This document shows positions 9,521 through 19,218 of a stretch of DNA of 64,000 nucleotides, piece by piece. The notes below the pieces were generated by a model. The model searched no databases. It was not told where the DNA came from and worked only from the letters and a program-made list of their open reading frames with translations. This stretch comes from an uncultured Acidimicrobiia bacterium. Lineage in GTDB: Bacteria; Acidobacteriota; Terriglobia; Versatilivoradales; Versatilivoraceae. How positions within the stretch are numbered: position 1 is the stretch's first letter; each line of letters starts with the position of its first letter. The stretch is from positions 576,001 through 640,000 of the forward strand of contig CAWBAT010000004.1 of NCBI GenBank assembly GCA_963786955.1. Reading direction: 5' to 3'. A program made the translations under genes and the position numbers.

Positions 9521-10552
9521 CTAGAATGAATCAATCGAGATCTTCTTCAAGAGGTTGAAATCGCTTAACATCTTGCCCGTTCCCAATACCACTGAGGAAA
9601 GAGGATCTTCTGCCAGGGTAACGGGAAGGCTGGTTTCCTCCCGGATACGTTTGTCCAAATTACGCAGCATCGACCCCCCTCCGGTAATCACAATACCTTT
9701 GTCCACGATATCGGCTGACAACTCTGGGGGTGTACGCTCCAAGGCAACTCGAACCGCGTTGACAATTGTTCCAACACATTCCGAAAGGGCGTCGCGAATC
9801 TCATCGTCGGTGATGAGAAGTGTCTTGGGTATCCCTTCAATCAGGTTACGCCCTTTGATTTCCATCGAAATAGGCTCATCGAGTGGATAAGCTGATCCTA
9901 TTTCGATTTTGATCTGCTCTGCGGTGCGCTCCCCGATCAGCAAATTGTATTTCCGCTTGATATATTGAGTAATGGCCTCATCCATTTCATTCCCAGCCAA
10001 GCGAACCGAACGGCTATAAACAATACCAGAGAGAGAGATTACGGCGATATCGGTTGTCCCCCCTCCTATATCGACGATCATATTTCCAGAAGGTTCCGTA
10101 ATGGGAAGTCCGGCCCCGATCGCAGCTACCATAGCCTGCTCGACAAGATAGACTTCGCTTGCCTTTGCCCGAAAAGCTGAATCGATCACGGCTCTTTTTT
10201 CAACCTGGGTAATTTCAGACGGCACCCCAATGACAATGCGGGGGTGAACCAGTAATTTGCGGCCATGGGCTTTCAAAATAAAGTAGTTCAACATCTTTTC
10301 GGTCACTTTGAAATCCGCAATGACGCCATCTTTCAGCGGCCGAATTGCGACGATATTGCCGGGGGTGCGGCCCAGCATTTCTTTGGCCTCCCTACCAACC
10401 GCTTCGACCTCCCCGGTCACCTTGTTGATGGCAACAATAGAAGGTTCATTCACTACGATCCCTTTGCCTTTGGCAAAGACGAGTGAATTGGCGGTCCCTA
10501 AATCAATGGCAAGATCGCTGGAGAAAAGGTGGAATAATGATCGAAAGTTCAT
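9521..10552 (-). CDS. mreB: Actin-like protein MreB
   Basis: AIDLGTAN, IRPLKDGVIADF, VDIGGGTTD, ERTPPELSADI. Confidence 0.98.
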   Translation of the reverse strand: MNFRSLFHLFSSDLAIDLGTANSLVFAKGKGIVVNEPSIVAINKVTGEVEAVGREAKEMLGRTPGNIVAIRPLKDGVIADFKVTEKMLNYFILKAHGRKLLVHPRIVIGVPSEITQVEKRAVIDSAFRAKASEVYLVEQAMVAAIGAGLPITEPSGNMIVDIGGGTTDIAVISLSGIVYSRSVRLAGNEMDEAITQYIKRKYNLLIGERTAEQIKIEIGSAYPLDEPISMEIKGRNLIEGIPKTLLITDDEIRDALSECVGTIVNAVRVALERTPPELSADIVDKGIVITGGGSMLRNLDKRIREETSLPVTLAEDPLSSVVLGTGKMLSDFNLLKKISIDSF

Positions 10553-10585
10553 TCAGTAATAAAACTCCTCGCAGTCGGTTGGATG

Positions 10586-11842
10586 TTAATCGACGTAAAC
10601 TTCTTTCTTGATTGTTTTGGAATTACCGCTTCGATCCTGCGCAGTGATGTTAATTAGATTCTTACCTTTATGGGGTAACGGAGAAGTGAAGTGTTTAAAA
10701 GACCCATCCGCATCCATGATTGTCACGGGCTCATCGTTGATGAGGATAGATACTCCCGGGTCGGTTCGACCAATAATTTCGAAGATATTCGAGATGCGGA
10801 TAATCTGTACCGTCAAGTAGATGTCCGATTCTTTGCTCGATTTGTTGATCACAGTGAACTTATTCGGGTCACTCTCCCGGCTCGAGAGGTTCTTGGCATC
10901 GATGGAGCTCACTGCCCAATAGTACGTTCCTTCTTCCAGGCCTGACACAACATATCGCGTATTTGCCCTGACGACCTCGTCCTTCAACACCTTTGAAAAA
11001 ACTGACGAATTGGAAACCCGAAAATGATAGGCAATGGCCTCTGGGACCGGAGACCAACTAAATTCCACCTTAGTCGATAATCCTTCACGGGCTAAAACAG
11101 GTTTTATGTTGTTAGGAGCCAAGAGTTCCGGCGGTGCTAAAACCTTCTCTTTAATGAGGCGCGAGGGATCCGCAACGACTCTTTCGTATGCTCCAATTTG
11201 AATAGTCTCATCCCCCTTGACAATCTTGGCAGAACCTCTCTGGACAGAAAACTGCGCCGTCTTTTTGTCAGGATTGGATTCTACTGCCATCCTCGATTCA
11301 GGATTTACGAGAGCGGTCGCCATGGCAGCAGACACCGCTGCCGTAGAATTGTTTCCCTCACGACGGGAAGTAGACAAATCAATGGCGCCTGAACTTACCC
11401 TGACCTTCACTTTCTTGGCCAGAGTTTGAGGGTCCTCAGAGTTCTCTTGAACGACAATGAGCGAATCCTGCTTCATCCGATAGGTTGTTCCGTCCGGGAA
11501 AACAATACTGGCAAAAGAGTCGGAAAATGTTTGAATATAATCGGCTTCCTCGAGCAAGGTTTGCTGGTCCGCATTCACCCACTGGACAGAGTCGTACTTC
11601 TTGACCTTGACCGTGCCTACAATGCCACTAAAGTGACCATATCTTTTGGAGGTTGCTTTCTTCGAAATGGTTTCGTCATTGACAAACTGGTTAAATCGGC
11701 GGACTACGTATTCCTTGAAGACGGCAAATCCTCCAAGACCGGCAACCAGAGAAATGGCTAGAACCCAAAACGTGATTTGCCGGTAGGAAACCGTGAACCA
11801 GTAGATTTCAAGTTTTTTGGGATTCCTAGCCCTCAAATCCAT
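10586..11842 (-). CDS. Single-pass membrane protein with FecR-like domain and FN3/Ig-like domains
   Basis: TM at about aa 24-41; DYIQTFSDSFASIVFPDGT...FSVQRGSAKI (FecR-like); FSWSPVPEAIAYHFRVS...LEEGTYYWAV (FN3); C-terminal Ig-like GKNLINITAQDRSGN. Confidence 0.75.
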   Translation of the reverse strand: MDLRARNPKKLEIYWFTVSYRQITFWVLAISLVAGLGGFAVFKEYVVRRFNQFVNDETISKKATSKRYGHFSGIVGTVKVKKYDSVQWVNADQQTLLEEADYIQTFSDSFASIVFPDGTTYRMKQDSLIVVQENSEDPQTLAKKVKVRVSSGAIDLSTSRREGNNSTAAVSAAMATALVNPESRMAVESNPDKKTAQFSVQRGSAKIVKGDETIQIGAYERVVADPSRLIKEKVLAPPELLAPNNIKPVLAREGLSTKVEFSWSPVPEAIAYHFRVSNSSVFSKVLKDEVVRANTRYVVSGLEEGTYYWAVSSIDAKNLSSRESDPNKFTVINKSSKESDIYLTVQIIRISNIFEIIGRTDPGVSILINDEPVTIMDADGSFKHFTSPLPHKGKNLINITAQDRSGNSKTIKKEVYVD

Positions 11843-12074
11843 AATTTATTGTGAATTGAACTACTTCGAGCTGATTAATGTAGCACAGAGATTTTAATTA
11901 CTCAACGCTTACTCTTTTCGGTAAAAATGTCCTTCTCCTTCAGGGAAAAGCGCATGCTGGCGCATTTCGGTTGCACGAAGTAACCTTTATCCTCTAAACT
12001 TTCGGTTTTGGAGAGATCTAAGATCTCTTGCATTTGGAATAATGACTTTCGAGTCAAGGAGATGTGTATAAGCA

Positions 12075-13997
12075 ATGGTTTTAGACATCATGCGCAGGGA
12101 AAAGAAGTTGTTACTTAGTTTATTGCTGGTGCCTTTGATATTTGGGCTAGTGGCCTATCTGGTCCCGGGAATGCCTGGCGGCGTTTGGGGCGGTGGAATG
12201 GGAAGTACGGCCGTGGCTAAGGTAGCTGGGTCGGAGATCACGGCTCAAGAATTTTCCAGCGCCTTTCAGCGATTTCTACGGAGTAATCAATTACCCTATG
12301 ACCGGAAGTACCTGAAGACGCTGCAAATTGACCGGCAAATTTTGAATCAGTTGATTTCCAAAGAAATAATGCTGGCAGATGCCAAACGTTTGGGCATCGA
12401 GGCAACATCCAATGATATTCAACAAAGGATCCGCACGCTCCCCTATTTCAAAGACAATGGCAATTTTGTGTTTAGCCGTTACGAAGCTATTCTCAAACAA
12501 AACGGATTAACCCCTGAGCAATTTGAGGATGGTGTACGTGAAGAGATCATTCAGGGCAAGCTGAAGAATTTGATCACCGATTGGGTCACAGTTTCAGACA
12601 AAGAACTGGAAGAAGAATTTCGGGATCGAAATGAAAAAGTAAAAGTCAGCTACGTGATATTCGATCCTTCATCTTATACGAAATCCGTGACAGTTCAGGA
12701 AACCGATATCAAAGCCTTTTTTGATCAAAACAAGGAGAACTACCGGGTTCCCGAGCAACGGAAAGTGAAATACCTCTATATTGACACGGGCAACCTGCGA
12801 AATTCGGTTCAGATCTCAGACGCAGAGGTCAAGAGTTACTACCAGCAGAATATTTCCACCTACACGTTGCCGGAGAGAGTGCACGCAGCCCATATTTTGT
12901 TTAAGACCGAGGGGAAGTCACCTGAGGAAACTGAAAAAATCAAAATCAAAGCTACGGAAGTCCTTAGCCAAGCCAAGAAGGGAGCTAATTTCTCGGAACT
13001 GGCAAAGAAATATTCAGAGGATAGTACGGCCGGCAACGGGGGTGACCTGGGTATGTTCGGCCGAGGGGCCATGGTTCCAGAATTTGAAAACGCGGCTTTC
13101 TCGCAGGAACCTGGTGCGACGAGTGATCTGGTGAAGACGAAGTATGGGTTCCACATTGTAAAGACACTGGAGAAACAACCCGCCCATACTCAGAGCCTGG
13201 AAGAAGTTTCTACGTTGATCCGTCCGACTTTGCAACAGCGAAGAGCTGAGCAATTGGCACAGGAATTGGCGGACAAAGCATTCAATCTGACCAAGAACAA
13301 CAAGACGCTGGATCAGACAGCCGCGGAACTAAAGCTCAAGACCGAAGAGACGCCGTTCTTTCTTCAAGGCGGCGTTGTTCCCGCCATGGGTAATTCTCAG
13401 GAATTCTCATCCAAAGTCTTTTCACTGAAACCCAATGAGATCAGTTCCCCTGTACGAATCCCAAGCGGCTTCGCGCTCTGTCAACTCAGTGGAACGAAGG
13501 AACCTTACGTTCCCGGCTTAGACGAGGTACGAGCTAAGATTGAGGAAGCATTGAAAAGCTCAAAGGCTTCCGACATTGCAAAAACCAAAGCACAGGATTT
13601 TTCGAATAAGGCTAAGGGATCGGGATCTTTTGAGTCATTGGCCAAAGAATACGAAGTTTCAGTGAAAGTCGCTGACGAGTTCGCTCGTAACGGAAACATT
13701 AAGGAGTTGGGTTCCAGCTCACCATTCGACTCTTTTGCGTTTTCAGCCAAACCAGGTGATGTGAATCAGCCAGTTCAATTAGGACAGAAATTTGCCGTTA
13801 TCAAACTCGTGGAAAGAAAGACCGTTGACATGAACGAACTGGCTAAAACGAAAGAAAGTCTTCGACTAAGCCTGGCCACCCCCAAGAAGGATAAAGTCTT
13901 TGAGGCTTACACAGAGGCGCTCAAAGAAAAGATGACAAAGGCCGGGAAGATCAAAATAGACGAAGCTCAGTTCGCCGCGGTTTCACGCCGGCTCTGA
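12075..13997 (+). CDS. ppiD: PpiD/SurA-like membrane-anchored parvulin-type PPIase chaperone
   Basis: SurA-like N domain; HAAHILF, LAKKYSED, GGDLGMFGRGAMVPEFE, KTKYGFHIV. Confidence 0.9.
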   Translation: MVLDIMRREKKLLLSLLLVPLIFGLVAYLVPGMPGGVWGGGMGSTAVAKVAGSEITAQEFSSAFQRFLRSNQLPYDRKYLKTLQIDRQILNQLISKEIMLADAKRLGIEATSNDIQQRIRTLPYFKDNGNFVFSRYEAILKQNGLTPEQFEDGVREEIIQGKLKNLITDWVTVSDKELEEEFRDRNEKVKVSYVIFDPSSYTKSVTVQETDIKAFFDQNKENYRVPEQRKVKYLYIDTGNLRNSVQISDAEVKSYYQQNISTYTLPERVHAAHILFKTEGKSPEETEKIKIKATEVLSQAKKGANFSELAKKYSEDSTAGNGGDLGMFGRGAMVPEFENAAFSQEPGATSDLVKTKYGFHIVKTLEKQPAHTQSLEEVSTLIRPTLQQRRAEQLAQELADKAFNLTKNNKTLDQTAAELKLKTEETPFFLQGGVVPAMGNSQEFSSKVFSLKPNEISSPVRIPSGFALCQLSGTKEPYVPGLDEVRAKIEEALKSSKASDIAKTKAQDFSNKAKGSGSFESLAKEYEVSVKVADEFARNGNIKELGSSSPFDSFAFSAKPGDVNQPVQLGQKFAVIKLVERKTVDMNELAKTKESLRLSLATPKKDKVFEAYTEALKEKMTKAGKIKIDEAQFAAVSRRL

Positions 13998-14024
13998 GAT
14001 CCAAAAGATACAGGACAGGTCTGG

Positions 14025-14059
14025 AAAATCCACTCTACGGAGTGGATTTTTTTGTTTTT
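14025..14059 (+). terminator. Intrinsic terminator after ppiD
   Basis: AAAATCCACTC-TACG-GAGTGGATTTT hairpin followed by a T-rich tract. Confidence 0.85.
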
Positions 14060-14109
14060 AGTGCGACAATGATCTGAAAGAAAACAATGGGAGACTGGAG
14101 AGGGGATTT

Positions 14110-15372
14110 ATGACAAAACACTTACGAATCATGATCACACTCATCCTGATGGGGTCGTTATCAAACGTCTTTGCTGGCGAGGTTCAAAATAATTCCCGGC
14201 ATTCACCGAGCGCCACTCAGATTCAAACACCCAGTCAATCCAGCAGATCGCTGAATGAAATGAGAAATATCCTTCGCAGTAAGTTAATCGCGGGCGGAGA
14301 AGGTTATTCTTACGTTTGTCTGATTCCTACGGTTGCTAACGATTTAAATACACGAACCAATCTAGGGCTCAACAATTTCAGTACTGTTTCACTAGTAAGC
14401 GGGCCTAACCCGGATGCGAATGTTCTTGTTGTGTTATATAACATTCAAGGCAATGTCGCTGCTACCGGAAACTATGTTGTCGGCTCGAACGCACTTCTAC
14501 AAATCCCTAACATAATCCCTACGCTCGGCTCCAACATCAGTGTCGGTTGGTTACTCATCTTCTCAGACCAGCCGCTTACCGCATGGGCCTCGGTCATCAA
14601 TAACGCAACCAATGATCCTAGCATTGAACTGGCTATCGCCGACCAGATTGGTAAGCCTTTGGCCTATCTAGAGAGCACTGGAAATCGTTTAATGATCCAA
14701 TCAACTACGAACATCGGAAAATTCCAGTCCAGTCTTGCCGTTGTCAACGTGGGGAGTGAGGAGGGCTTACTGCTGATTAAGATCTATGATTATTCTGGAA
14801 ACCTAGTTGCTACGGAAACGGCATCCATCCCCGTAAATGGCATGTACATAAACAATAACATCCGTGGCAGTTCCTATGGTCCCATCATCATTGAAGTCAC
14901 GGATCCTAATTCGACCAACGACACGAGTCCACGCATCATTGCTAACTCGTTGGTTCGGAGTAGTGCCGATCAAACCGGCGGGTTTTTCCCGGCCTTTGCA
15001 CTCCCACAAGCCGACACGGTGGCCGTCGCCGGAATTTGGGATGGAACGATTTTATCCGGGACTCTCATTAGTGCTCAGGTTACAGTGACATTATATCAAG
15101 AACGAGACATGCTCTATGGATTTCTGGATATCACGAGCGGTGTCTTTCCAACACTTTATCGAAGTTTCTCTATTGCGGGAGGAATCACCAATTTCTACAA
15201 CTTTCAGGTTACCGATTCGCTCGACCAAGATAACACTTTTTTTGTCTACAGCTTCATCGGCTCTCTTCAAAGTGGCCATTTGAAGGGGGATACGCTTTAT
15301 TTCGACGAAAAGAATCGGAGTGCCGTGGGCACTCTTGATTTAACCCGCACGGGACCAATCTATACCCCATAA
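14110..15372 (+). CDS. Exported hypothetical protein with two internal beta-sandwich-like repeats
   Basis: Signal peptide ending VFA; repeated RTNLGLNN...LYNIQGNVAAT and QSSLAVVN...IYDYSGNLVAT segments; GGAGAGGGG RBS region. Confidence 0.75.
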   Translation: MTKHLRIMITLILMGSLSNVFAGEVQNNSRHSPSATQIQTPSQSSRSLNEMRNILRSKLIAGGEGYSYVCLIPTVANDLNTRTNLGLNNFSTVSLVSGPNPDANVLVVLYNIQGNVAATGNYVVGSNALLQIPNIIPTLGSNISVGWLLIFSDQPLTAWASVINNATNDPSIELAIADQIGKPLAYLESTGNRLMIQSTTNIGKFQSSLAVVNVGSEEGLLLIKIYDYSGNLVATETASIPVNGMYINNNIRGSSYGPIIIEVTDPNSTNDTSPRIIANSLVRSSADQTGGFFPAFALPQADTVAVAGIWDGTILSGTLISAQVTVTLYQERDMLYGFLDITSGVFPTLYRSFSIAGGITNFYNFQVTDSLDQDNTFFVYSFIGSLQSGHLKGDTLYFDEKNRSAVGTLDLTRTGPIYTP

Positions 15373-15438
15373 TCTTCGACTTATCCTTCATTCAGTTTTT
15401 TTTCTGCAAGCAACCCATTGCCGGAATGCGGAGGGCTT

Positions 15439-17013
15439 ATGTCAGACAGGGGCATCATCCTTTCAGGTCTCCTGACTCTGATCGCATGGACGGGTCTAAA
15501 CATGGCCAGCAATCCGGCCGTGGCTACGCGAAAAATCAGCCTAGAATCGCTCGAAGACAAGATCCGCGGAGGGTGGGCTGGTCAGATGATTGGAGTTTCT
15601 TTTGGTGCGCCCACCGAATTTCGCTCGAATGGCAAAATGATCGGAGGCAACCTACCCTGGATTCCGGAACGAGTCAGCAACGCGTTGGTTCAGGACGATC
15701 TCTACGTTGACATGACATTTGCTGAAACACTGGATCAACTCGGCCTGGATGCCACGACCGAACAATTCGGTGAAGCCTTTAAAGACTCCAAATATTCTTT
15801 ATGGCACGCCAACGCAGGGGCTCGACGCCTTCTGAATCGGGGGATTAAGGCCCCGATGTCTGGCCATCCGCTTTACAACATTCATGCCGACGATATCGAT
15901 TTTCAGATCGAGTCTGATTTTATCGGCCTCATGACCCCGGGTCTACCTCAGGAATCCAATAAGTATTGCGACCGGGTCGGGCGGGTGATGAATTACGGTG
16001 ATGGCCTCTACGGAGGCATGTTTGTTTGCGGGATGTATGCGGCTGCCTTCTTTGAAAATGATATCGATAAAGTTGTAGAACAAGGGCTGGGCTGTATCCC
16101 CGCTGAGAGTAGCTATGGGAAAATCATTCGGAGCGTCATCAACTGGCACCGTAAGTTTCCTCAGGACTGGAGAAGAACGTGGACATTCATCGAAAACGAA
16201 TGGGACAAGAATGATCCTTGCCCGGACGGTGCTCTTAAGCCATTCAACATTGATGCCAAGCTTAACGGTGCATACATCGCTCTGGGCCTACTTTATGGAA
16301 AGTCTGATTTTGCCAAGACGATAGAGATCTCCACACGAGCCGGGCAAGATTCGGACTGCAACCCGGCCAATGCCATGGGAATCCTTGGAGTTATGCTAGG
16401 TTATTCCGGCATACCGGATAAATGGAAAGCCGGGATACCTGCCATAGCAGATCAAAAATTTGATTTCACCCAATCATCTTTAAACGACATTACCCGTTCC
16501 ACGGTGGCCCGAGCCATTAAGGTGGTTGAAAAGGTCGGCGGCGCTGTTAAGGGGAATGAGCTCTTCATTCCGATGCAAATTCCTAAACCTCCAAGACTTG
16601 AGCAGTGGGACATGGGAATCCCCGTTAAACGTGTTGACCCGTTAAATCCCAACTGGACCTGGAAGGGGAACTGGTCAGAGGAACATTTTTGGGACACGGA
16701 CGGGCTCATGGCCCGGAAGACGAGCAGTACTCCCGGAGCCGAAGCCACGCTGACTTTTGAAGGAACCGCGATTGCCCTGGTGGGAGACTGCACCCAAGAA
16801 GGTGGGCGTGCCGATCTCTACCTGGATAATGAACGAAAAGGTGAAGCCGATGCTTACATCATCGAACGAACCAACGACAATGATCTTTGGCATGCGTTTG
16901 GGCTCAAACCAGGTAAACACACCTTGCGACTGGTATTGCGGGAGGATGCAGATCCCCGGTCAAAGGGCAGAAAGGTCAGCATCACTTCGGCGGTGACCTA
17001 CGTGTCGCATTAA
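15439..17013 (+). CDS. ADP-ribosylglycohydrolase-family protein with signal-like N-terminus and C-terminal CBM-like domain
   Basis: DKIRGGWAGQMIGVSFGAPTEF, QDDLY, GQDSDCN; C-terminal GAEATLTFEGT...GLKPGKHTLRLV. ATG 15439 preferred over TTG 15418. Confidence 0.85.
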   Translation: MSDRGIILSGLLTLIAWTGLNMASNPAVATRKISLESLEDKIRGGWAGQMIGVSFGAPTEFRSNGKMIGGNLPWIPERVSNALVQDDLYVDMTFAETLDQLGLDATTEQFGEAFKDSKYSLWHANAGARRLLNRGIKAPMSGHPLYNIHADDIDFQIESDFIGLMTPGLPQESNKYCDRVGRVMNYGDGLYGGMFVCGMYAAAFFENDIDKVVEQGLGCIPAESSYGKIIRSVINWHRKFPQDWRRTWTFIENEWDKNDPCPDGALKPFNIDAKLNGAYIALGLLYGKSDFAKTIEISTRAGQDSDCNPANAMGILGVMLGYSGIPDKWKAGIPAIADQKFDFTQSSLNDITRSTVARAIKVVEKVGGAVKGNELFIPMQIPKPPRLEQWDMGIPVKRVDPLNPNWTWKGNWSEEHFWDTDGLMARKTSSTPGAEATLTFEGTAIALVGDCTQEGGRADLYLDNERKGEADAYIIERTNDNDLWHAFGLKPGKHTLRLVLREDADPRSKGRKVSITSAVTYVSH

Positions 17014-17118
17014 CTCAGCCGGTATAGACCAGCATGTGAAGAGCCCGAAAGAAATGGGGTTTTGTCCAGAAGAATTTAGGCGAACAGGATGCGATCGACG
17101 GGTAGGAGAGGCGTTGAG

Positions 17119-18048
17119 ATGCCTGGAAAGATAGTCGTCATTGGCAGCCTGAATATGGATTTTTTCGTCCGGGTTGCGCGACTACCTCTGCCTGGAGAAA
17201 CCATTCTCGGGTCAAGCTTTGAGATGCTCCCCGGCGGCAAGGGGGCAAACCAGGCTTACACCGTGGCACGACTGGGCGGGACGGCGGGAATGATCGGCTG
17301 CGTTGGTCAGGATATCTTCGGACAACGCTTGATCAACAATCTCAAAACTGCCGGAGTTGAGACTTCGCATGTCCTTGAGACTTCCACGAGTCCAACGGGT
17401 GTCGCATTCATTGCCGTGGAAAAGAATGGACAAAATCAGATTGTGGTAGCGCCAGGCGCCAACGAGAACTTGGACTCAGGACATATCACGCGAGCCCTGA
17501 GTGAAATTCGACCCGAGTACATCTTGCTTCAACTCGAAATTCCATTACGTATCGTCGAATGTGCCATCATCGTGGGCCGCAACCAGCATGCCTTTCTGGT
17601 ATTTGACCCGGCTCCGGTCAAGCCTATCGATCCCCGGCTGCTCAGCCAGATCGACATTTTGACTCCTAACGAAAGCGAGGCTCTCTCTCTGCTGGGGAGA
17701 AGGGGAAATAGCATTCCCCTTGAAGAAGCAGGCGCAATAGCCGGAGATCTACTAAAAATGGGCCCTCGACAAGTCATTCTGAAATTGGGCAATAACGGGG
17801 CGTGGTATACAGATGGTCTCAGGAGCCGGCATTTCCCGGCCAGAACCGTTCAAGCCATTGACGCTACGGCAGCGGGAGACACGTTCAATGGAGCCCTATC
17901 CGTTGCCTTGGCGGAAGGACGATCGATTGATGAAGCGATTTCTTTTGCCAACATCGCTGCTTCTCTGTGTGTTACCAAACTTGGCGCTCAAGCCTCGGTC
18001 CCGACTCGCGAAGAAGTCGACACCTTGTATTCGGATTGCGCCCAATGA
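17119..18048 (+). CDS. rbsK: Ribokinase
   Basis: VVIGSLNMD, PGGKGANQA, TPNESE, DATAAGDTF; AGGAG RBS before ATG 17119. Confidence 0.93.
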   Translation: MPGKIVVIGSLNMDFFVRVARLPLPGETILGSSFEMLPGGKGANQAYTVARLGGTAGMIGCVGQDIFGQRLINNLKTAGVETSHVLETSTSPTGVAFIAVEKNGQNQIVVAPGANENLDSGHITRALSEIRPEYILLQLEIPLRIVECAIIVGRNQHAFLVFDPAPVKPIDPRLLSQIDILTPNESEALSLLGRRGNSIPLEEAGAIAGDLLKMGPRQVILKLGNNGAWYTDGLRSRHFPARTVQAIDATAAGDTFNGALSVALAEGRSIDEAISFANIAASLCVTKLGAQASVPTREEVDTLYSDCAQ

Positions 18049-18093
18049 ATTTCCCGATTATCCCAAATTCCGAAGTTACTTAAGCGTCGCCAT

Positions 18094-18159
18094 GTGGAGC
18101 GGGCGCGCACGCTCAATCAACGCGCGGCGGGGGACAGCGGTCCCACGCTCGCGTTCCAC
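18094..18159. repeat. GC-rich inverted structure, possible degenerate REP doublet
   Basis: Bounded by GTGGAGCG...CGTTCCAC with internal hairpins, between convergent genes. Confidence 0.4.
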
Positions 18160-18245
18160 CGTAGTTCCGCCGGAAGGTGTGTTGACAAGGAAACTGATGA
18201 CCTGCTCAGCACAACAAAAATAGCCTGAAGAGCGATGGAATTGAC

Positions 18246-19136
18246 TTAGTCTTCCTCATCCTTCTCCTCAATTCGGTAGACCACTTTAACGGTGTGGTTA
18301 GAGGCAACGGGGTTTCCACTTTGGAAGGCCGGAGCAAACTCCCACCAGTTCTTCACCTCATACAAAGCGCGTTCAGTAAGCCCATACTCTAAGGTATTCT
18401 CCGCCTTAGCTTCAATCACTTCCCCTTTTTCATTAAGCTTCAACGAAATCTCTACCTCTCCTCCTTTCTTCTTTTTGAGCGCTTGCTCGGTCTGGGGGGG
18501 ATTGGTGCTCAGAAGCGTAATCGGACCGCGACTGCCTTCACTGGTTGGAGGGACATTGACTCTTCGATAGCGAACTGTAGAACCGTAATTATTTCTTCCA
18601 AATTTGACTCGGATATCGAAGTTTTTTAGGTACTCGCTTCCCACATCGAGGTTGATTTTGTCCAGATTCTTGCTGAATTCCTCAAACTCGGCGGCACTCA
18701 TTGGCTGAAGTCTGAAAGCTTGGCTCCCCATTAAGAAGATGACCTTGCGCACGGCTTGCGGGCAAATGAAGCTGTATCCCAATTCCCACTTGCGGCGAGT
18801 CCTCGCAGTCACGCAGGCTCGAACACCACCATCTGTCTTGGACTTCGTTCCGTCATAGAGAAACGAGTCAAATCTGAGAATGGTGCCGTCATCCGCTCGC
18901 ATCGTGATGTTTTCAATAGAGAGACATCGGCGTGTATCCCCAATGTTTACCAATTCCACCCAAAATTCTTTTTTGGGCGTAACTTCAAGCGACATAATGA
19001 TTTTGGCATCCATGTACACATGGCAGGGACCGGAAGTAGGAGTGAAGTCGGCTGTCGCAAAAAGTAAAGAGCGGGTGGAAAAAGAGAACCAAACCAAGAA
19101 ATAGAAGGGCAGGAAGGAAGCTTTTCGAAAGGCCAT
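18246..19136 (-). CDS. Exported protein with C-terminal TonB-C domain
   Basis: PPQTEQAL...GEVEISLKLNEKGEV...GLTERAL...WEFAPAFQSGNPV; signal-like MAFRKASFLPFYFLVWF at ATG 19136 (ATG 19154 is an alternative start). Confidence 0.75.
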   Translation of the reverse strand: MAFRKASFLPFYFLVWFSFSTRSLLFATADFTPTSGPCHVYMDAKIIMSLEVTPKKEFWVELVNIGDTRRCLSIENITMRADDGTILRFDSFLYDGTKSKTDGGVRACVTARTRRKWELGYSFICPQAVRKVIFLMGSQAFRLQPMSAAEFEEFSKNLDKINLDVGSEYLKNFDIRVKFGRNNYGSTVRYRRVNVPPTSEGSRGPITLLSTNPPQTEQALKKKKGGEVEISLKLNEKGEVIEAKAENTLEYGLTERALYEVKNWWEFAPAFQSGNPVASNHTVKVVYRIEEKDEED

Positions 19137-19218
19137 ACTTCTATAATCTTTCATTGAAGACTCCAACACATTTTCTTTATCAAATGTAGAATGTGCTCCC
19201 AGTGTATCGTAACATCCA

